Of a stretch of 64,000 nt of DNA, positions 1 through 12,000 are shown one piece after another. This DNA is from Heterodontus francisci (lineage: Eukaryota), in contig NC_090413.1 in the NCBI RefSeq assembly GCF_036365525.1, positions 29,554,266 to 29,618,265 on the forward strand, given 5' to 3'. The translations under genes were made by a program, and so were the position numbers. The first letter of the stretch is position 1. Every line of letters begins with the position of its first letter. The notes beneath the pieces were generated by a model that saw nothing but the letters and a program-made list of their open reading frames with translations, was not told the origin of the DNA and made no database searches.

Positions 1-129
1 TCTTGGATTAGTTTTTTATCTCTCCTGTGCTTTACTACACTAATGCTGGGATTAGTTTTGTATCTCTCCTGTGCTGTACTACACTAATTCTGGGATTAGT
101 TTTGTATCTCTCCTGTGCTGTACTACACT

Positions 130-3077
130 CAGCATGATAGAGCCTCCCTCAAATGGCTCGGAACGCATACTGTCCATCCGACTGCTCACCACCTCTGGTC
201 CAGTACAGCATCTATGCTCCAACACTCTGTTCCGCACCTGAAGCTAAAGACCAGTTCTATGAACAACTCCATAACATCATTAGCAGCATCCCCAACACCG
301 AACACCTATTCCTGCTGGGGGACTTTAATGCCAGGGTTGGGGCCGACCATGACTCATGGCCCTCCTGCCTTGGGCGCTATGGCGTTGGAAGGATGAATGA
401 GAACGGGCAGAGACTGCTTGAGTTGTGTACCTATCATAACCTCTGCATCACCAACTCGTTCTTTCACACTAAACCCTGTCACCAGGTTTCATGGAGGCAC
501 CCAAGATCACGTCGTTGGCACCAGCTAGACCTCATTGTCACAAGGCGAGCCGCCTTAAACAGTGTTCAAATCACACGCAGCTTCCACAGTGCGGACTGCG
601 ACACCGACCACTCCCTGGTGTGCAGCAAGGTTAGACTCAGACCAAAGAAGTTGCATCATTCCAAGCAGAAGGGCCACCCGCGCATCAACACGAGCAGAAT
701 TTCTCACCCACAGCTGTTACAAAAATTTCAAAATTCACTTGTAACAGCCCTTCAAAACACTCCCACAGGGGATGCTGAGACCAAGTGGGCCCACATCAGA
801 GACGCCATCTATGAGTCAGCTTTGACCACCTACGGCAAAAGTGCGAAGAGAAATGCAGACTGGTTTCAATCTCATAATGAAGAGCTGGAACCTGTCATAG
901 CCGCTAAGCGCATTGCACTTTTGAACTACAAGAAAGCCCCCAGCGATTTAACATCCGCAGCACTTAAAGCAGCCAGAAGTACTGCACAAAGAACAGCTAG
1001 GCGTTGCGCAAACGACTACTGGCAACACCTATGCAGTCATATTCAGCTGGCCTCAGACACCGGAAACATCAGAGGAATGTATGATGGCATGAAGAGAGCT
1101 CTTGGGCCAACCATCAAGAAGATCACCCCCCTCAAATCTAAATCGGGGGACATAATCACTGACCAACGCAAACAGATGGACCGCTGGGTTGAGCACTACC
1201 TAGAACTGTACTCCAGGGAGAATGCTGTCACTGAGACTGCCCTCAATGCAGCCCAGCCTCTACCAGTCATGGATGAGCTGGACATACAGCCAACCAAATC
1301 GGAACTCAGTGATGCCATTGATTCCCTAGCCAGCGGAAAAGCCCCTGGGAAGGACAGCATTACCCCTGAAATAATCAAGAGTGCCAAGCCTGCTATACTC
1401 TCAGCACTACATGAACTGCTATGCCTGTGCTGGGACGAGGGAGCAGTACCCCAGGACATGCGCGATGCCAACATCATCACCCTCTATAAAAACAAAGGTG
1501 ACCGCGGTGACTGCAACAACTACCGTGGAATCTCCCTGCTCAGCATAGTGGGGAAAGTCTTTGCTCGAGTCGCTCTGAACAGGCTCCAGAAGCTGGCCGA
1601 GCGCGTCTACCCTGAGGCACAGTGTGGCTTTCGTGCAGAGAGATCGACTATTGACATGCTGTTCTCCCTTCGTCAGATACAGGAGAAATGCCGTGAACAA
1701 CAGATGCCCCTCTACATTGCTTTCATTGATCTCACCAAAGCCTTTGACCTCGTCAGCAGACGTGGTCTCTTCAGACTACTAGAAAAGATCGGATGTCCAC
1801 CAAAGCTACTAAGTATCATCACCTCATTCCATGACAATATGAAAGGCACAATTCAACATGGTGGCTCCTCATCAGAGCCCTTTCCTATCCTGAGTGGTGT
1901 GAAACAGGGCTGTGTTCTCGCACCCACACTTTTTGGGATTTTCTTCTCCCTGCTGCTTTCACATGCGTTCAAATCCTCTGAAGAAGGAATTTTCCTCCAC
2001 ACAAGATCAGGGGGCAGGTTGTTCAACCTTGCCCGTCTAAGAGCGAAGTCCAAAGTACGGAAAGTCCTCATCAGAGAACTCCTCTTTGCTGACGATGCTG
2101 CTTTAACATCTCACACTGAAGAATGCCTGCAGAGTCTCATCGACAGGTTTGCGTCTGCCTGCAATGAATTTGGCCTAACCATCAGCCTCAAGAAAACGAA
2201 CATCATGGGGCAGGATGTCAGAAATGCTCCATCCATCAATATTGGCGACCACGCTCTGGAAGTGGTTCAAGAGTTCACCTACCTAGGCTCAACTATCACC
2301 AGTAACCTGTCTCTAGATGCAGAAATCAACAAGCGCATGGGTAAGGCTTCCACTGCTATGTTCAGACTGGCCAAGAGAGTGTGGGAAAATGGCGCACTGA
2401 CACGGAACACAAAAGTCCGAGTGTATCAGGCCTGTGTCCTCAGTACCTTGCTCTACGGCAGCGAGGCCTGGACAACGTATGCCAGCCAAGAGCGACGTCT
2501 CAATTCATTCCATCTTCGCTGCCTTCGGAGAATACTTGGCATCAGGTGGCAGGACTATATCTCCAACACAGAAGTCCTTGAAGCGGCCAACATCCCCAGC
2601 TTATACACACTACTGAGTCAGCGGCGCTTGAGATGGCTTGGCCATGTGAGCCGCATGGAAGATGGCAGGATCCCCAAAGACACATTGTACAGCGAGCTCG
2701 CCACTGGTATCAGACCCACCGGCCGTCCATGTCTCCGTTATAAAGACGTCTGCAAACGCGACATGAAATCGTGTGACATTGATCACAAGTCGTGGGAGTC
2801 AGTTGCCAGCATTCGCCAGAGCTGGCGGGCAGCCATAAAGACAGGGCTAAATTGTGGCGAGTCGAAGAGACTTAGTAGTTGGCAGGAAAAAAGACAGAGG
2901 CGCAAGGGGAGAGCCAACTGTGCAACAGCCCCAACAAACAAATTTCTCTGCAGCACCTGTGGAAGAGCCTGTCACTCCAGAATTGGCCTTTATAGCCACT
3001 CCAGGCGCTGCTTCACAAACCACTGACCACCTCCAGGCGCGTATCCATTGTCTCTCGAGATAAGGAGGCCCAAAAGA
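130..3077 (+). mobile_element. RTE-clade non-LTR retrotransposon (BovB-like), 5'-truncated, copy 1
   Basis: Single ORF with APE endonuclease motifs (IYAPT, GDFNA, LDLI, TDH), RT motifs (QCGFR, GVKQGCVLAP, LFADD, YLG) and a C-terminal CxxC...HxxxC finger. Short 3' UTR ends ...GGCCCAAAAGA. 8-bp TSD ACTACACT at 122-129 and 3078-3085. Confidence 0.93.
153..3026 (+). CDS. RTE LINE endonuclease/reverse transcriptase ORF (957 aa; the first ~18 aa are probably out of frame with the ancestral ORF)
   Basis: ORF track shows an uninterrupted EN-RT-Zn finger frame. The N-terminal APE motifs (WNV/QET) are missing because of 5' truncation. Confidence 0.85.
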   Translation: MARNAYCPSDCSPPLVQYSIYAPTLCSAPEAKDQFYEQLHNIISSIPNTEHLFLLGDFNARVGADHDSWPSCLGRYGVGRMNENGQRLLELCTYHNLCITNSFFHTKPCHQVSWRHPRSRRWHQLDLIVTRRAALNSVQITRSFHSADCDTDHSLVCSKVRLRPKKLHHSKQKGHPRINTSRISHPQLLQKFQNSLVTALQNTPTGDAETKWAHIRDAIYESALTTYGKSAKRNADWFQSHNEELEPVIAAKRIALLNYKKAPSDLTSAALKAARSTAQRTARRCANDYWQHLCSHIQLASDTGNIRGMYDGMKRALGPTIKKITPLKSKSGDIITDQRKQMDRWVEHYLELYSRENAVTETALNAAQPLPVMDELDIQPTKSELSDAIDSLASGKAPGKDSITPEIIKSAKPAILSALHELLCLCWDEGAVPQDMRDANIITLYKNKGDRGDCNNYRGISLLSIVGKVFARVALNRLQKLAERVYPEAQCGFRAERSTIDMLFSLRQIQEKCREQQMPLYIAFIDLTKAFDLVSRRGLFRLLEKIGCPPKLLSIITSFHDNMKGTIQHGGSSSEPFPILSGVKQGCVLAPTLFGIFFSLLLSHAFKSSEEGIFLHTRSGGRLFNLARLRAKSKVRKVLIRELLFADDAALTSHTEECLQSLIDRFASACNEFGLTISLKKTNIMGQDVRNAPSINIGDHALEVVQEFTYLGSTITSNLSLDAEINKRMGKASTAMFRLAKRVWENGALTRNTKVRVYQACVLSTLLYGSEAWTTYASQERRLNSFHLRCLRRILGIRWQDYISNTEVLEAANIPSLYTLLSQRRLRWLGHVSRMEDGRIPKDTLYSELATGIRPTGRPCLRYKDVCKRDMKSCDIDHKSWESVASIRQSWRAAIKTGLNCGESKRLSSWQEKRQRRKGRANCATAPTNKFLCSTCGRACHSRIGLYSHSRRCFTNH

Positions 3078-6065
3078 ACTACACTAATTCTTGGATTGGT
3101 TTTGTATCTCTCCTGTTCTTTACTACACTAATTCTTGGATTAGTTTTGTATCTCTCCTGTGCTGTACTACACTAATTCTTGGATTAGTTTTGTATCTCTC
3201 ATGTGCTGTACTACACTAATTCTTGGATTAGTTTTGTATCTCTCCTGTGCTGTACTACACGAATTCTTGGATTAGTTTTGTATCTCTCCTGTGCTGTACT
3301 ACACTAATTCTGGGATTAGTTTTGTATCTCTCCTGTGCTTTACTACACTAATTCTGGGATTAGTTTTGTATCTCTCATGTGCTGTACTACACTAATTCTG
3401 GGATTAGTTTTGTATCTCTCCTGTGGTTTACTACACTAATTCTGGGATTAGTTTTGTATCTCTCCTGTGCTTTACTACACTAATTCTGGGATTAGTTTTG
3501 TATCTCTCGTGCTGTACTACACTAATTCTTGGATTAGTTTTGTATCTCTCATGTGCTGTACTACACTAATTCTGGGATTAGTTTTGTATCTCTCCTGTGG
3601 TTTACTACACTAATTCTGGGATTAGTTTTGTATCTCTCCTGTGCTGTACTACACTAATTCTTGGATTAGTTTTGTATCTCTCATGTGCTGTACTACACTA
3701 ATTCTGGGATTAGTTTTGTATCTCTCCTGTGCTTTACTACACTAATTCTGGGATTAGTTTTGTATCTCTCGTGCTGTACTACACTAATTCTTGGATTAGT
3801 TTTGTATCTCTCCTGTGGTTTACTACACTAATTCTGGGATTAGTTTTGTATCTCTCCTGTGCTTTACTACACTAATTCTGGGATTAGTTTTGTATCTCTC
3901 CTGTGCTTTACTACACTAATTCTGGGATTAGTTTTGTATCTCTCATGTGCTGTACTACACTAATTCTGGGATTAGTTTTGTATCTCTCGTGCTGTACTAC
4001 ACTAATTCTGGGATTAGTTTTGTGTATCTCATGTGCTGTACTACACTAATTCTGGGATTAGTTTTGTATCTCTCATGTGCTGTACTACACTAATTCTTGG
4101 ATTAGTTTTGTATCTCTCCTGTGCTTTACTACACTAATTCTGGGATTAGTTTTGTATCTCTCCTGTGCTTTACTACACTAATTCTGGGATTAGTTTTGTA
4201 TCTCTCCTGTGCTTTACTACACTAATTCTGGGATTAGTTTTGTATCTCTCGTGCTGTACTACACTAATTCTGGGATTAGTTTTGTTTCTTTCCTGTGCTT
4301 TACTACACTAATTCTGGGATTAGTTTTGTATCTCTCCTGTGCTTTACTATACTAATTCTGGGATTAGTTTTGTATCTCTCGTGCTGTACTACACTAATTC
4401 TTGGATTAGTTTTGTATCTCTCCTGTGCTGTACTGCACTAATTCTTGGATTAGTTTTGTATCTCTCCTGTGCTTTACTACACTAATTCTGGGATTAGTTT
4501 TGTATCTCTCCTGTGCTGTACTGCACTAATTCTTGGATTAGTTTTGTATCTCTCCTGTGCTGTACGACACTAATTCTGGGATTAGTTTTGTATCTCTCCT
4601 GTGCTGTACTGCACTAATTCTTGGATTAGTTTTGTATGTCTCCTGTGCTTTACGACACTAATTCTTGGATTAGTTTTGTATCTCTCCTGTGCTTTACGAC
4701 ACTAATTCTTGGATTAGTTTTGTATCTCTCCTGTGCTGTACTACACTCATTGTGGGATTAGTTTTGTATCTCTCCTGTGCTTTACGACACTAATTCTTGG
4801 ATTAGTTTTGTATCTCTCCTGTGCTTTACGACACTAATTCTTGGATTAGTTTTGTATCTCTCCTGTGCTGTACTACACTCATTGTGGGATTAGTTTTGTA
4901 TCTCTCCTGTGCTTTACGACACTAATTCTTGGATTAGTTTTGTATCTCTCCTGTGCTGTACTACACTAATTGTGGGATTAGTTTTGTATCTCTCCTGTGC
5001 TGTACTACACTAATTCTTGGATTAGTTTTGTTTCTCTCCTGTGCTGTACTACACTAATTCTTGGATTAGTTTTGTTTCTCTCCTGTGCTTTACGACACTA
5101 ATTCTTGGATTAGTTTTGTTTCTCTCCTGTGCTGTACTACACTAATTCTGGGATTAGTTTTGTATCTCTCCTGTGCTGTACTACACTAATTCTGGGATTA
5201 GTTTTGTATCTCTCCTGTGCTGTACTACACTATTTCTGGGATTAGTTTTGTATCTTTCCTGTGCTGTACTACACTATTTCTGGGATTAGTTTTGTATCTC
5301 TCCTGTGCTGTACTGCACTAATTCTGGGATTAGTTTTGTATCTCTCGTGCTGTACTACACGAATTCTGGGATTAGTTTTGTATCTCTCCTGTGCTGTACG
5401 ACACTAATTCTTGGATTAGTTTTGTATCTCTCCTGTGCTTTACTGCACTAATTCTTGGATTAGTTTTGAATCTCTCCCGTGCTGTACTACACTAATTCTG
5501 GGATCAGTTTTGTATCTCTCCTGTGCTTTACTACACTAATTCTTGGATTAGTTTTGTATCTCTCCTGTGCTTTACTACACTAATGCTGGGATTAGTTTTG
5601 TATCTCTCCTGTGCTGTACTACACTAATTCTTGGATTGGTTTTGTATCTCTCCTGTTCTTTACTACACTAATTCTTGGATTAGTTTTGTATCTCTCCTGT
5701 GCTGTACTACACTAATTCTTGGATTAGTTTTGTATCTCTCATGTGCTGTACTACACTAATTCTTGGATTAGTTTTGTATCTCTCCTGTGCTGTACTACAC
5801 TAATTCTTGGATTAGTTTTGTATCTCTCCTGTGCTGTACTACACTAATTCTGGGATTAGTTTTGTATCTCTCCTGTGCTTTACTACACTAATTCTGGGAT
5901 TAGTTTTGTTTCTCTCATGTGCTGTACTACACTAATTCTTGGATTAGTTTTTTATCTCTCCTGTGCTTTACTACACTAATGCTGGGATTAGTTTTGTATC
6001 TCTCCTGTGCTGTACTACACTAATTCTGGGATTAGTTTTGTATCTCTCCTGTGCTGTACTACACT

Positions 6066-9013
6066 CAGCATGATAGAGCCTCCCTCAAATGGCTCGGAAC
6101 GCATACTGTCCATCCGACTGCTCACCACCTCTGGTCCAGTACAGCATCTATGCTCCAACACTCTGTTCCGCACCTGAAGCTAAAGACCAGTTCTATGAAC
6201 AACTCCATAACATCATTAGCAGCATCCCCAACACCGAACACCTATTCCTGCTGGGGGACTTTAATGCCAGGGTTGGGGCCGACCATGACTCATGGCCCTC
6301 CTGCCTTGGGCGCTATGGCGTTGGAAGGATGAATGAGAACGGGCAGAGACTGCTTGAGTTGTGTACCTATCATAACCTCTGCATCACCAACTCGTTCTTT
6401 CACACTAAACCCTGTCACCAGGTTTCATGGAGGCACCCAAGATCACGTCGTTGGCACCAGCTAGACCTCATTGTCACAAGGCGAGCCGCCTTAAACAGTG
6501 TTCAAATCACACGCAGCTTCCACAGTGCGGACTGCGACACCGACCACTCCCTGGTGTGCAGCAAGGTTAGACTCAGACCAAAGAAGTTGCATCATTCCAA
6601 GCAGAAGGGCCACCCGCGCATCAACACGAGCAGAATTTCTCACCCACAGCTGTTACAAAAATTTCAAAATTCACTTGTAACAGCCCTTCAAAACACTCCC
6701 ACAGGGGATGCTGAGACCAAGTGGGCCCACATCAGAGACGCCATCTATGAGTCAGCTTTGACCACCTACGGCAAAAGTGCGAAGAGAAATGCAGACTGGT
6801 TTCAATCTCATAATGAAGAGCTGGAACCTGTCATAGCCGCTAAGCGCATTGCACTTTTGAACTACAAGAAAGCCCCCAGCGATTTAACATCCGCAGCACT
6901 TAAAGCAGCCAGAAGTACTGCACAAAGAACAGCTAGGCGTTGCGCAAACGACTACTGGCAACACCTATGCAGTCATATTCAGCTGGCCTCAGACACCGGA
7001 AACATCAGAGGAATGTATGATGGCATGAAGAGAGCTCTTGGGCCAACCATCAAGAAGATCACCCCCCTCAAATCTAAATCGGGGGACATAATCACTGACC
7101 AACGCAAACAGATGGACCGCTGGGTTGAGCACTACCTAGAACTGTACTCCAGGGAGAATGCTGTCACTGAGACTGCCCTCAATGCAGCCCAGCCTCTACC
7201 AGTCATGGATGAGCTGGACATACAGCCAACCAAATCGGAACTCAGTGATGCCATTGATTCCCTAGCCAGCGGAAAAGCCCCTGGGAAGGACAGCATTACC
7301 CCTGAAATAATCAAGAGTGCCAAGCCTGCTATACTCTCAGCACTACATGAACTGCTATGCCTGTGCTGGGACGAGGGAGCAGTACCCCAGGACATGCGCG
7401 ATGCCAACATCATCACCCTCTATAAAAACAAAGGTGACCGCGGTGACTGCAACAACTACCGTGGAATCTCCCTGCTCAGCATAGTGGGGAAAGTCTTTGC
7501 TCGAGTCGCTCTGAACAGGCTCCAGAAGCTGGCCGAGCGCGTCTACCCTGAGGCACAGTGTGGCTTTCGTGCAGAGAGATCGACTATTGACATGCTGTTC
7601 TCCCTTCGTCAGATACAGGAGAAATGCCGTGAACAACAGATGCCCCTCTACATTGCTTTCATTGATCTCACCAAAGCCTTTGACCTCGTCAGCAGACGTG
7701 GTCTCTTCAGACTACTAGAAAAGATCGGATGTCCACCAAAGCTACTAAGTATCATCACCTCATTCCATGACAATATGAAAGGCACAATTCAACATGGTGG
7801 CTCCTCATCAGAGCCCTTTCCTATCCTGAGTGGTGTGAAACAGGGCTGTGTTCTCGCACCCACACTTTTTGGGATTTTCTTCTCCCTGCTGCTTTCACAT
7901 GCGTTCAAATCCTCTGAAGAAGGAATTTTCCTCCACACAAGATCAGGGGGCAGGTTGTTCAACCTTGCCCGTCTAAGAGCGAAGTCCAAAGTACGGAAAG
8001 TCCTCATCAGAGAACTCCTCTTTGCTGACGATGCTGCTTTAACATCTCACACTGAAGAATGCCTGCAGAGTCTCATCGACAGGTTTGCGTCTGCCTGCAA
8101 TGAATTTGGCCTAACCATCAGCCTCAAGAAAACGAACATCATGGGGCAGGATGTCAGAAATGCTCCATCCATCAATATTGGCGACCACGCTCTGGAAGTG
8201 GTTCAAGAGTTCACCTACCTAGGCTCAACTATCACCAGTAACCTGTCTCTAGATGCAGAAATCAACAAGCGCATGGGTAAGGCTTCCACTGCTATGTTCA
8301 GACTGGCCAAGAGAGTGTGGGAAAATGGCGCACTGACACGGAACACAAAAGTCCGAGTGTATCAGGCCTGTGTCCTCAGTACCTTGCTCTACGGCAGCGA
8401 GGCCTGGACAACGTATGCCAGCCAAGAGCGACGTCTCAATTCATTCCATCTTCGCTGCCTTCGGAGAATACTTGGCATCAGGTGGCAGGACTATATCTCC
8501 AACACAGAAGTCCTTGAAGCGGCCAACATCCCCAGCTTATACACACTACTGAGTCAGCGGCGCTTGAGATGGCTTGGCCATGTGAGCCGCATGGAAGATG
8601 GCAGGATCCCCAAAGACACATTGTACAGCGAGCTCGCCACTGGTATCAGACCCACCGGCCGTCCATGTCTCCGTTATAAAGACGTCTGCAAACGCGACAT
8701 GAAATCGTGTGACATTGATCACAAGTCGTGGGAGTCAGTTGCCAGCATTCGCCAGAGCTGGCGGGCAGCCATAAAGACAGGGCTAAATTGTGGCGAGTCG
8801 AAGAGACTTAGTAGTTGGCAGGAAAAAAGACAGAGGCGCAAGGGGAGAGCCAACTGTGCAACAGCCCCAACAAACAAATTTCTCTGCAGCACCTGTGGAA
8901 GAGCCTGTCACTCCAGAATTGGCCTTTATAGCCACTCCAGGCGCTGCTTCACAAACCACTGACCACCTCCAGGCGCGTATCCATTGTCTCTCGAGATAAG
9001 GAGGCCCAAAAGA
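6066..9013 (+). mobile_element. RTE-clade non-LTR retrotransposon, copy 2 (duplicate of 130-3077, offset 5936)
   Basis: Identical translation, same truncation point, same TSD ACTACACT at 6058-6065 and 9014-9021, same flanking satellite variants. Confidence 0.93.
6089..8962 (+). CDS. RTE LINE endonuclease/reverse transcriptase ORF, copy 2 (957 aa)
   Basis: Protein identical to 153..3026 in the ORF track. Confidence 0.85.
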   Translation: MARNAYCPSDCSPPLVQYSIYAPTLCSAPEAKDQFYEQLHNIISSIPNTEHLFLLGDFNARVGADHDSWPSCLGRYGVGRMNENGQRLLELCTYHNLCITNSFFHTKPCHQVSWRHPRSRRWHQLDLIVTRRAALNSVQITRSFHSADCDTDHSLVCSKVRLRPKKLHHSKQKGHPRINTSRISHPQLLQKFQNSLVTALQNTPTGDAETKWAHIRDAIYESALTTYGKSAKRNADWFQSHNEELEPVIAAKRIALLNYKKAPSDLTSAALKAARSTAQRTARRCANDYWQHLCSHIQLASDTGNIRGMYDGMKRALGPTIKKITPLKSKSGDIITDQRKQMDRWVEHYLELYSRENAVTETALNAAQPLPVMDELDIQPTKSELSDAIDSLASGKAPGKDSITPEIIKSAKPAILSALHELLCLCWDEGAVPQDMRDANIITLYKNKGDRGDCNNYRGISLLSIVGKVFARVALNRLQKLAERVYPEAQCGFRAERSTIDMLFSLRQIQEKCREQQMPLYIAFIDLTKAFDLVSRRGLFRLLEKIGCPPKLLSIITSFHDNMKGTIQHGGSSSEPFPILSGVKQGCVLAPTLFGIFFSLLLSHAFKSSEEGIFLHTRSGGRLFNLARLRAKSKVRKVLIRELLFADDAALTSHTEECLQSLIDRFASACNEFGLTISLKKTNIMGQDVRNAPSINIGDHALEVVQEFTYLGSTITSNLSLDAEINKRMGKASTAMFRLAKRVWENGALTRNTKVRVYQACVLSTLLYGSEAWTTYASQERRLNSFHLRCLRRILGIRWQDYISNTEVLEAANIPSLYTLLSQRRLRWLGHVSRMEDGRIPKDTLYSELATGIRPTGRPCLRYKDVCKRDMKSCDIDHKSWESVASIRQSWRAAIKTGLNCGESKRLSSWQEKRQRRKGRANCATAPTNKFLCSTCGRACHSRIGLYSHSRRCFTNH

Positions 9014-12000
9014 ACTACACTAATTCTTGGATTGGTTTTGTATCTCTCCTGTTCTTTACTACACTAATTCTTGGATTAGTTTTGTATCTCTCCTGTGCTG
9101 TACTACACTAATTCTTGGATTAGTTTTGTATCTCTCATGTGCTGTACTACACTAATTCTTGGATTAGTTTTGTATCTCTCCTGTGCTGTACTACACGAAT
9201 TCTTGGATTAGTTTTGTATCTCTCCTGTGCTGTACTACACTAATTCTGGGATTAGTTTTGTATCTCTCCTGTGCTTTACTACACTAATTCTGGGATTAGT
9301 TTTGTATCTCTCATGTGCTGTACTACACTAATTCTGGGATTAGTTTTGTATCTCTCCTGTGGTTTACTACACTAATTCTGGGATTAGTTTTGTATCTCTC
9401 CTGTGCTTTACTACACTAATTCTGGGATTAGTTTTGTATCTCTCGTGCTGTACTACACTAATTCTTGGATTAGTTTTGTATCTCTCATGTGCTGTACTAC
9501 ACTAATTCTGGGATTAGTTTTGTATCTCTCCTGTGGTTTACTACACTAATTCTGGGATTAGTTTTGTATCTCTCCTGTGCTGTACTACACTAATTCTTGG
9601 ATTAGTTTTGTATCTCTCATGTGCTGTACTACACTAATTCTGGGATTAGTTTTGTATCTCTCCTGTGCTTTACTACACTAATTCTGGGATTAGTTTTGTA
9701 TCTCTCGTGCTGTACTACACTAATTCTTGGATTAGTTTTGTATCTCTCCTGTGGTTTACTACACTAATTCTGGGATTAGTTTTGTATCTCTCCTGTGCTT
9801 TACTACACTAATTCTGGGATTAGTTTTGTATCTCTCATGTGCTGTACTACACTAATTCTGGGATTAGTTTTGTATCTCTCGTGCTGTACTACACTAATTC
9901 TGGGATTAGTTTTGTGTATCTCATGTGCTGTACTACACTAATTCTGGGATTAGTTTTGTATCTCTCATGTGCTGTACTACACTAATTCTTGGATTAGTTT
10001 TGTATCTCTCCTGTGCTTTACTACACTAATTCTGGGATTAGTTTTGTATCTCTCCTGTGCTTTACTACACTAATTCTGGGATTAGTTTTGTATCTCTCCT
10101 GTGCTTTACTACACTAATTCTGGGATTAGTTTTGTATCTCTCGTGCTGTACTACACTAATTCTGGGATTAGTTTTGTTTCTTTCCTGTGCTTTACTACAC
10201 TAATTCTGGGATTAGTTTTGTATCTCTCCTGTGCTTTACTATACTAATTCTGGGATTAGTTTTGTATCTCTCGTGCTGTACTACACTAATTCTTGGATTA
10301 GTTTTGTATCTCTCCTGTGCTGTACTGCACTAATTCTTGGATTAGTTTTGTATCTCTCCTGTGCTTTACTACACTAATTCTGGGATTAGTTTTGTATCTC
10401 TCCTGTGCTGTACTGCACTAATTCTTGGATTAGTTTTGTATCTCTCCTGTGCTGTACGACACTAATTCTGGGATTAGTTTTGTATCTCTCCTGTGCTGTA
10501 CTGCACTAATTCTGGGATTAGTTTTGTATCTCTCCTGTGCTGTATTACACTAATTCTGGGATTAGTTTTGTATCTCTCCTGTGCTTTACGACACTAATTC
10601 TGGGATTAGTTTTGTATCTCTCCTGTGCTGTACTACACTAATTCTGGGATTGGTTTTGTATCTCTCCTGTGCTGTACTACACTAATTCTTGGATTGGTTT
10701 TGTATCTCTCCTGTTCTTTACTACACTAATTCTTGGATTAGTTTTGTATCTCTCCTGTGCTGTACTACACTAATTCTTGGATTAGTTTTGTATCTCTCCT
10801 GTGCTGTACTACACTAATTCTTGGATTAGTTTTGTATCTCTCATGTGCTGTACTACACTAATTCTTGGATTAGTTTTGTATCTCTCCTGTGCTGTACTAC
10901 ACTCATTCTTGGATTAGTTTTGTATCTCTCCTGTGCTTTACTACACTAATTCTGGGATTAGTTTTGTATCTCTCCTGTGCTTTACTACACTAATTCTGGG
11001 ATTAGTTTTGTATCTCTCCTGTGCTTTACTACACTAATTCTGGGATTAGTTTTGTATCTCTCCTGTGCTTTACTACACTAATTCTGGGATTAGTTTTGTA
11101 TCTCTCCTGTGCTTTACTACACTAATTCTGGGATTAGTTTTGTATCTCTCCTGTGCTTTACTACACTAATTCTGGGATTAGTTTTGTATCTCTCCTGTGC
11201 TTTACTACACTAATTCTGGGATTAGTTTTGTATCTCTCCTGTGCTTTACTACACTAATTCTGGGATTAGTTTTGTATCTCTCGTGCAGTACTACACTAAT
11301 TCTTGGATTAGTTTTGTATCTCTCCTGTGCTTTACTACACTAATTCTGGGATTAGTTTTGTTTCTTTCCTGTGCTTTACTACACTAATTCTGGGATTAGT
11401 TTTGTATCTCTCCTGTGCTGTACTACACTAATTCTGGGATTAGTTTTGTGTCTCTCCTGTGCTGTACTACACTAATTCTGGGATTAGTTTTGTATCTCTC
11501 GTGCTGTGCTACACTAATTCTTGGATTAGTTTTGTATCTCTCCTGTGCTTTACTACACTAATTCTGGGATTAGTTTTGTATCTCTCGTGCTGTACTACAC
11601 TAATTCTTGGATTAGTTTTGTATCTCTCCTGTGCTTTACTACACTAATTCTGGGATTAGTTTTGTTTCTTTCCTGTGCTTTACTACACTAATTCTGGGAT
11701 TAGTTTTGTATCTCTCCTGTGCTTTACTACACTAATTCTGGGATTAGTTTTGTATCTCTCCTGTGCTTTACTACACTAATTCTGGGATTAGTTTTGTATC
11801 TCTCGTGCTGTACTACACTAATTCTGGGATTAGTTTTGTTTCTTTCCTGTGCTTTACTACACTAATTCTGGGATTAGTTTTGTATCTCTCCTGTGCTTTA
11901 CTATACTAATTCTGGGATTAGTTTTGTATCTCTCGTGCTGTACTACACTAATTCTTGGATTAGTTTTGTATCTCTCCTGTGCTGTACTGCACTAATTCTT

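Noticed and set aside
122-9021. Site-specific retrotransposon targeting the satellite
   Set aside because: Both copies share the truncation point and flanking variants, so they are one event. There is no evidence of independent insertions at the same motif.
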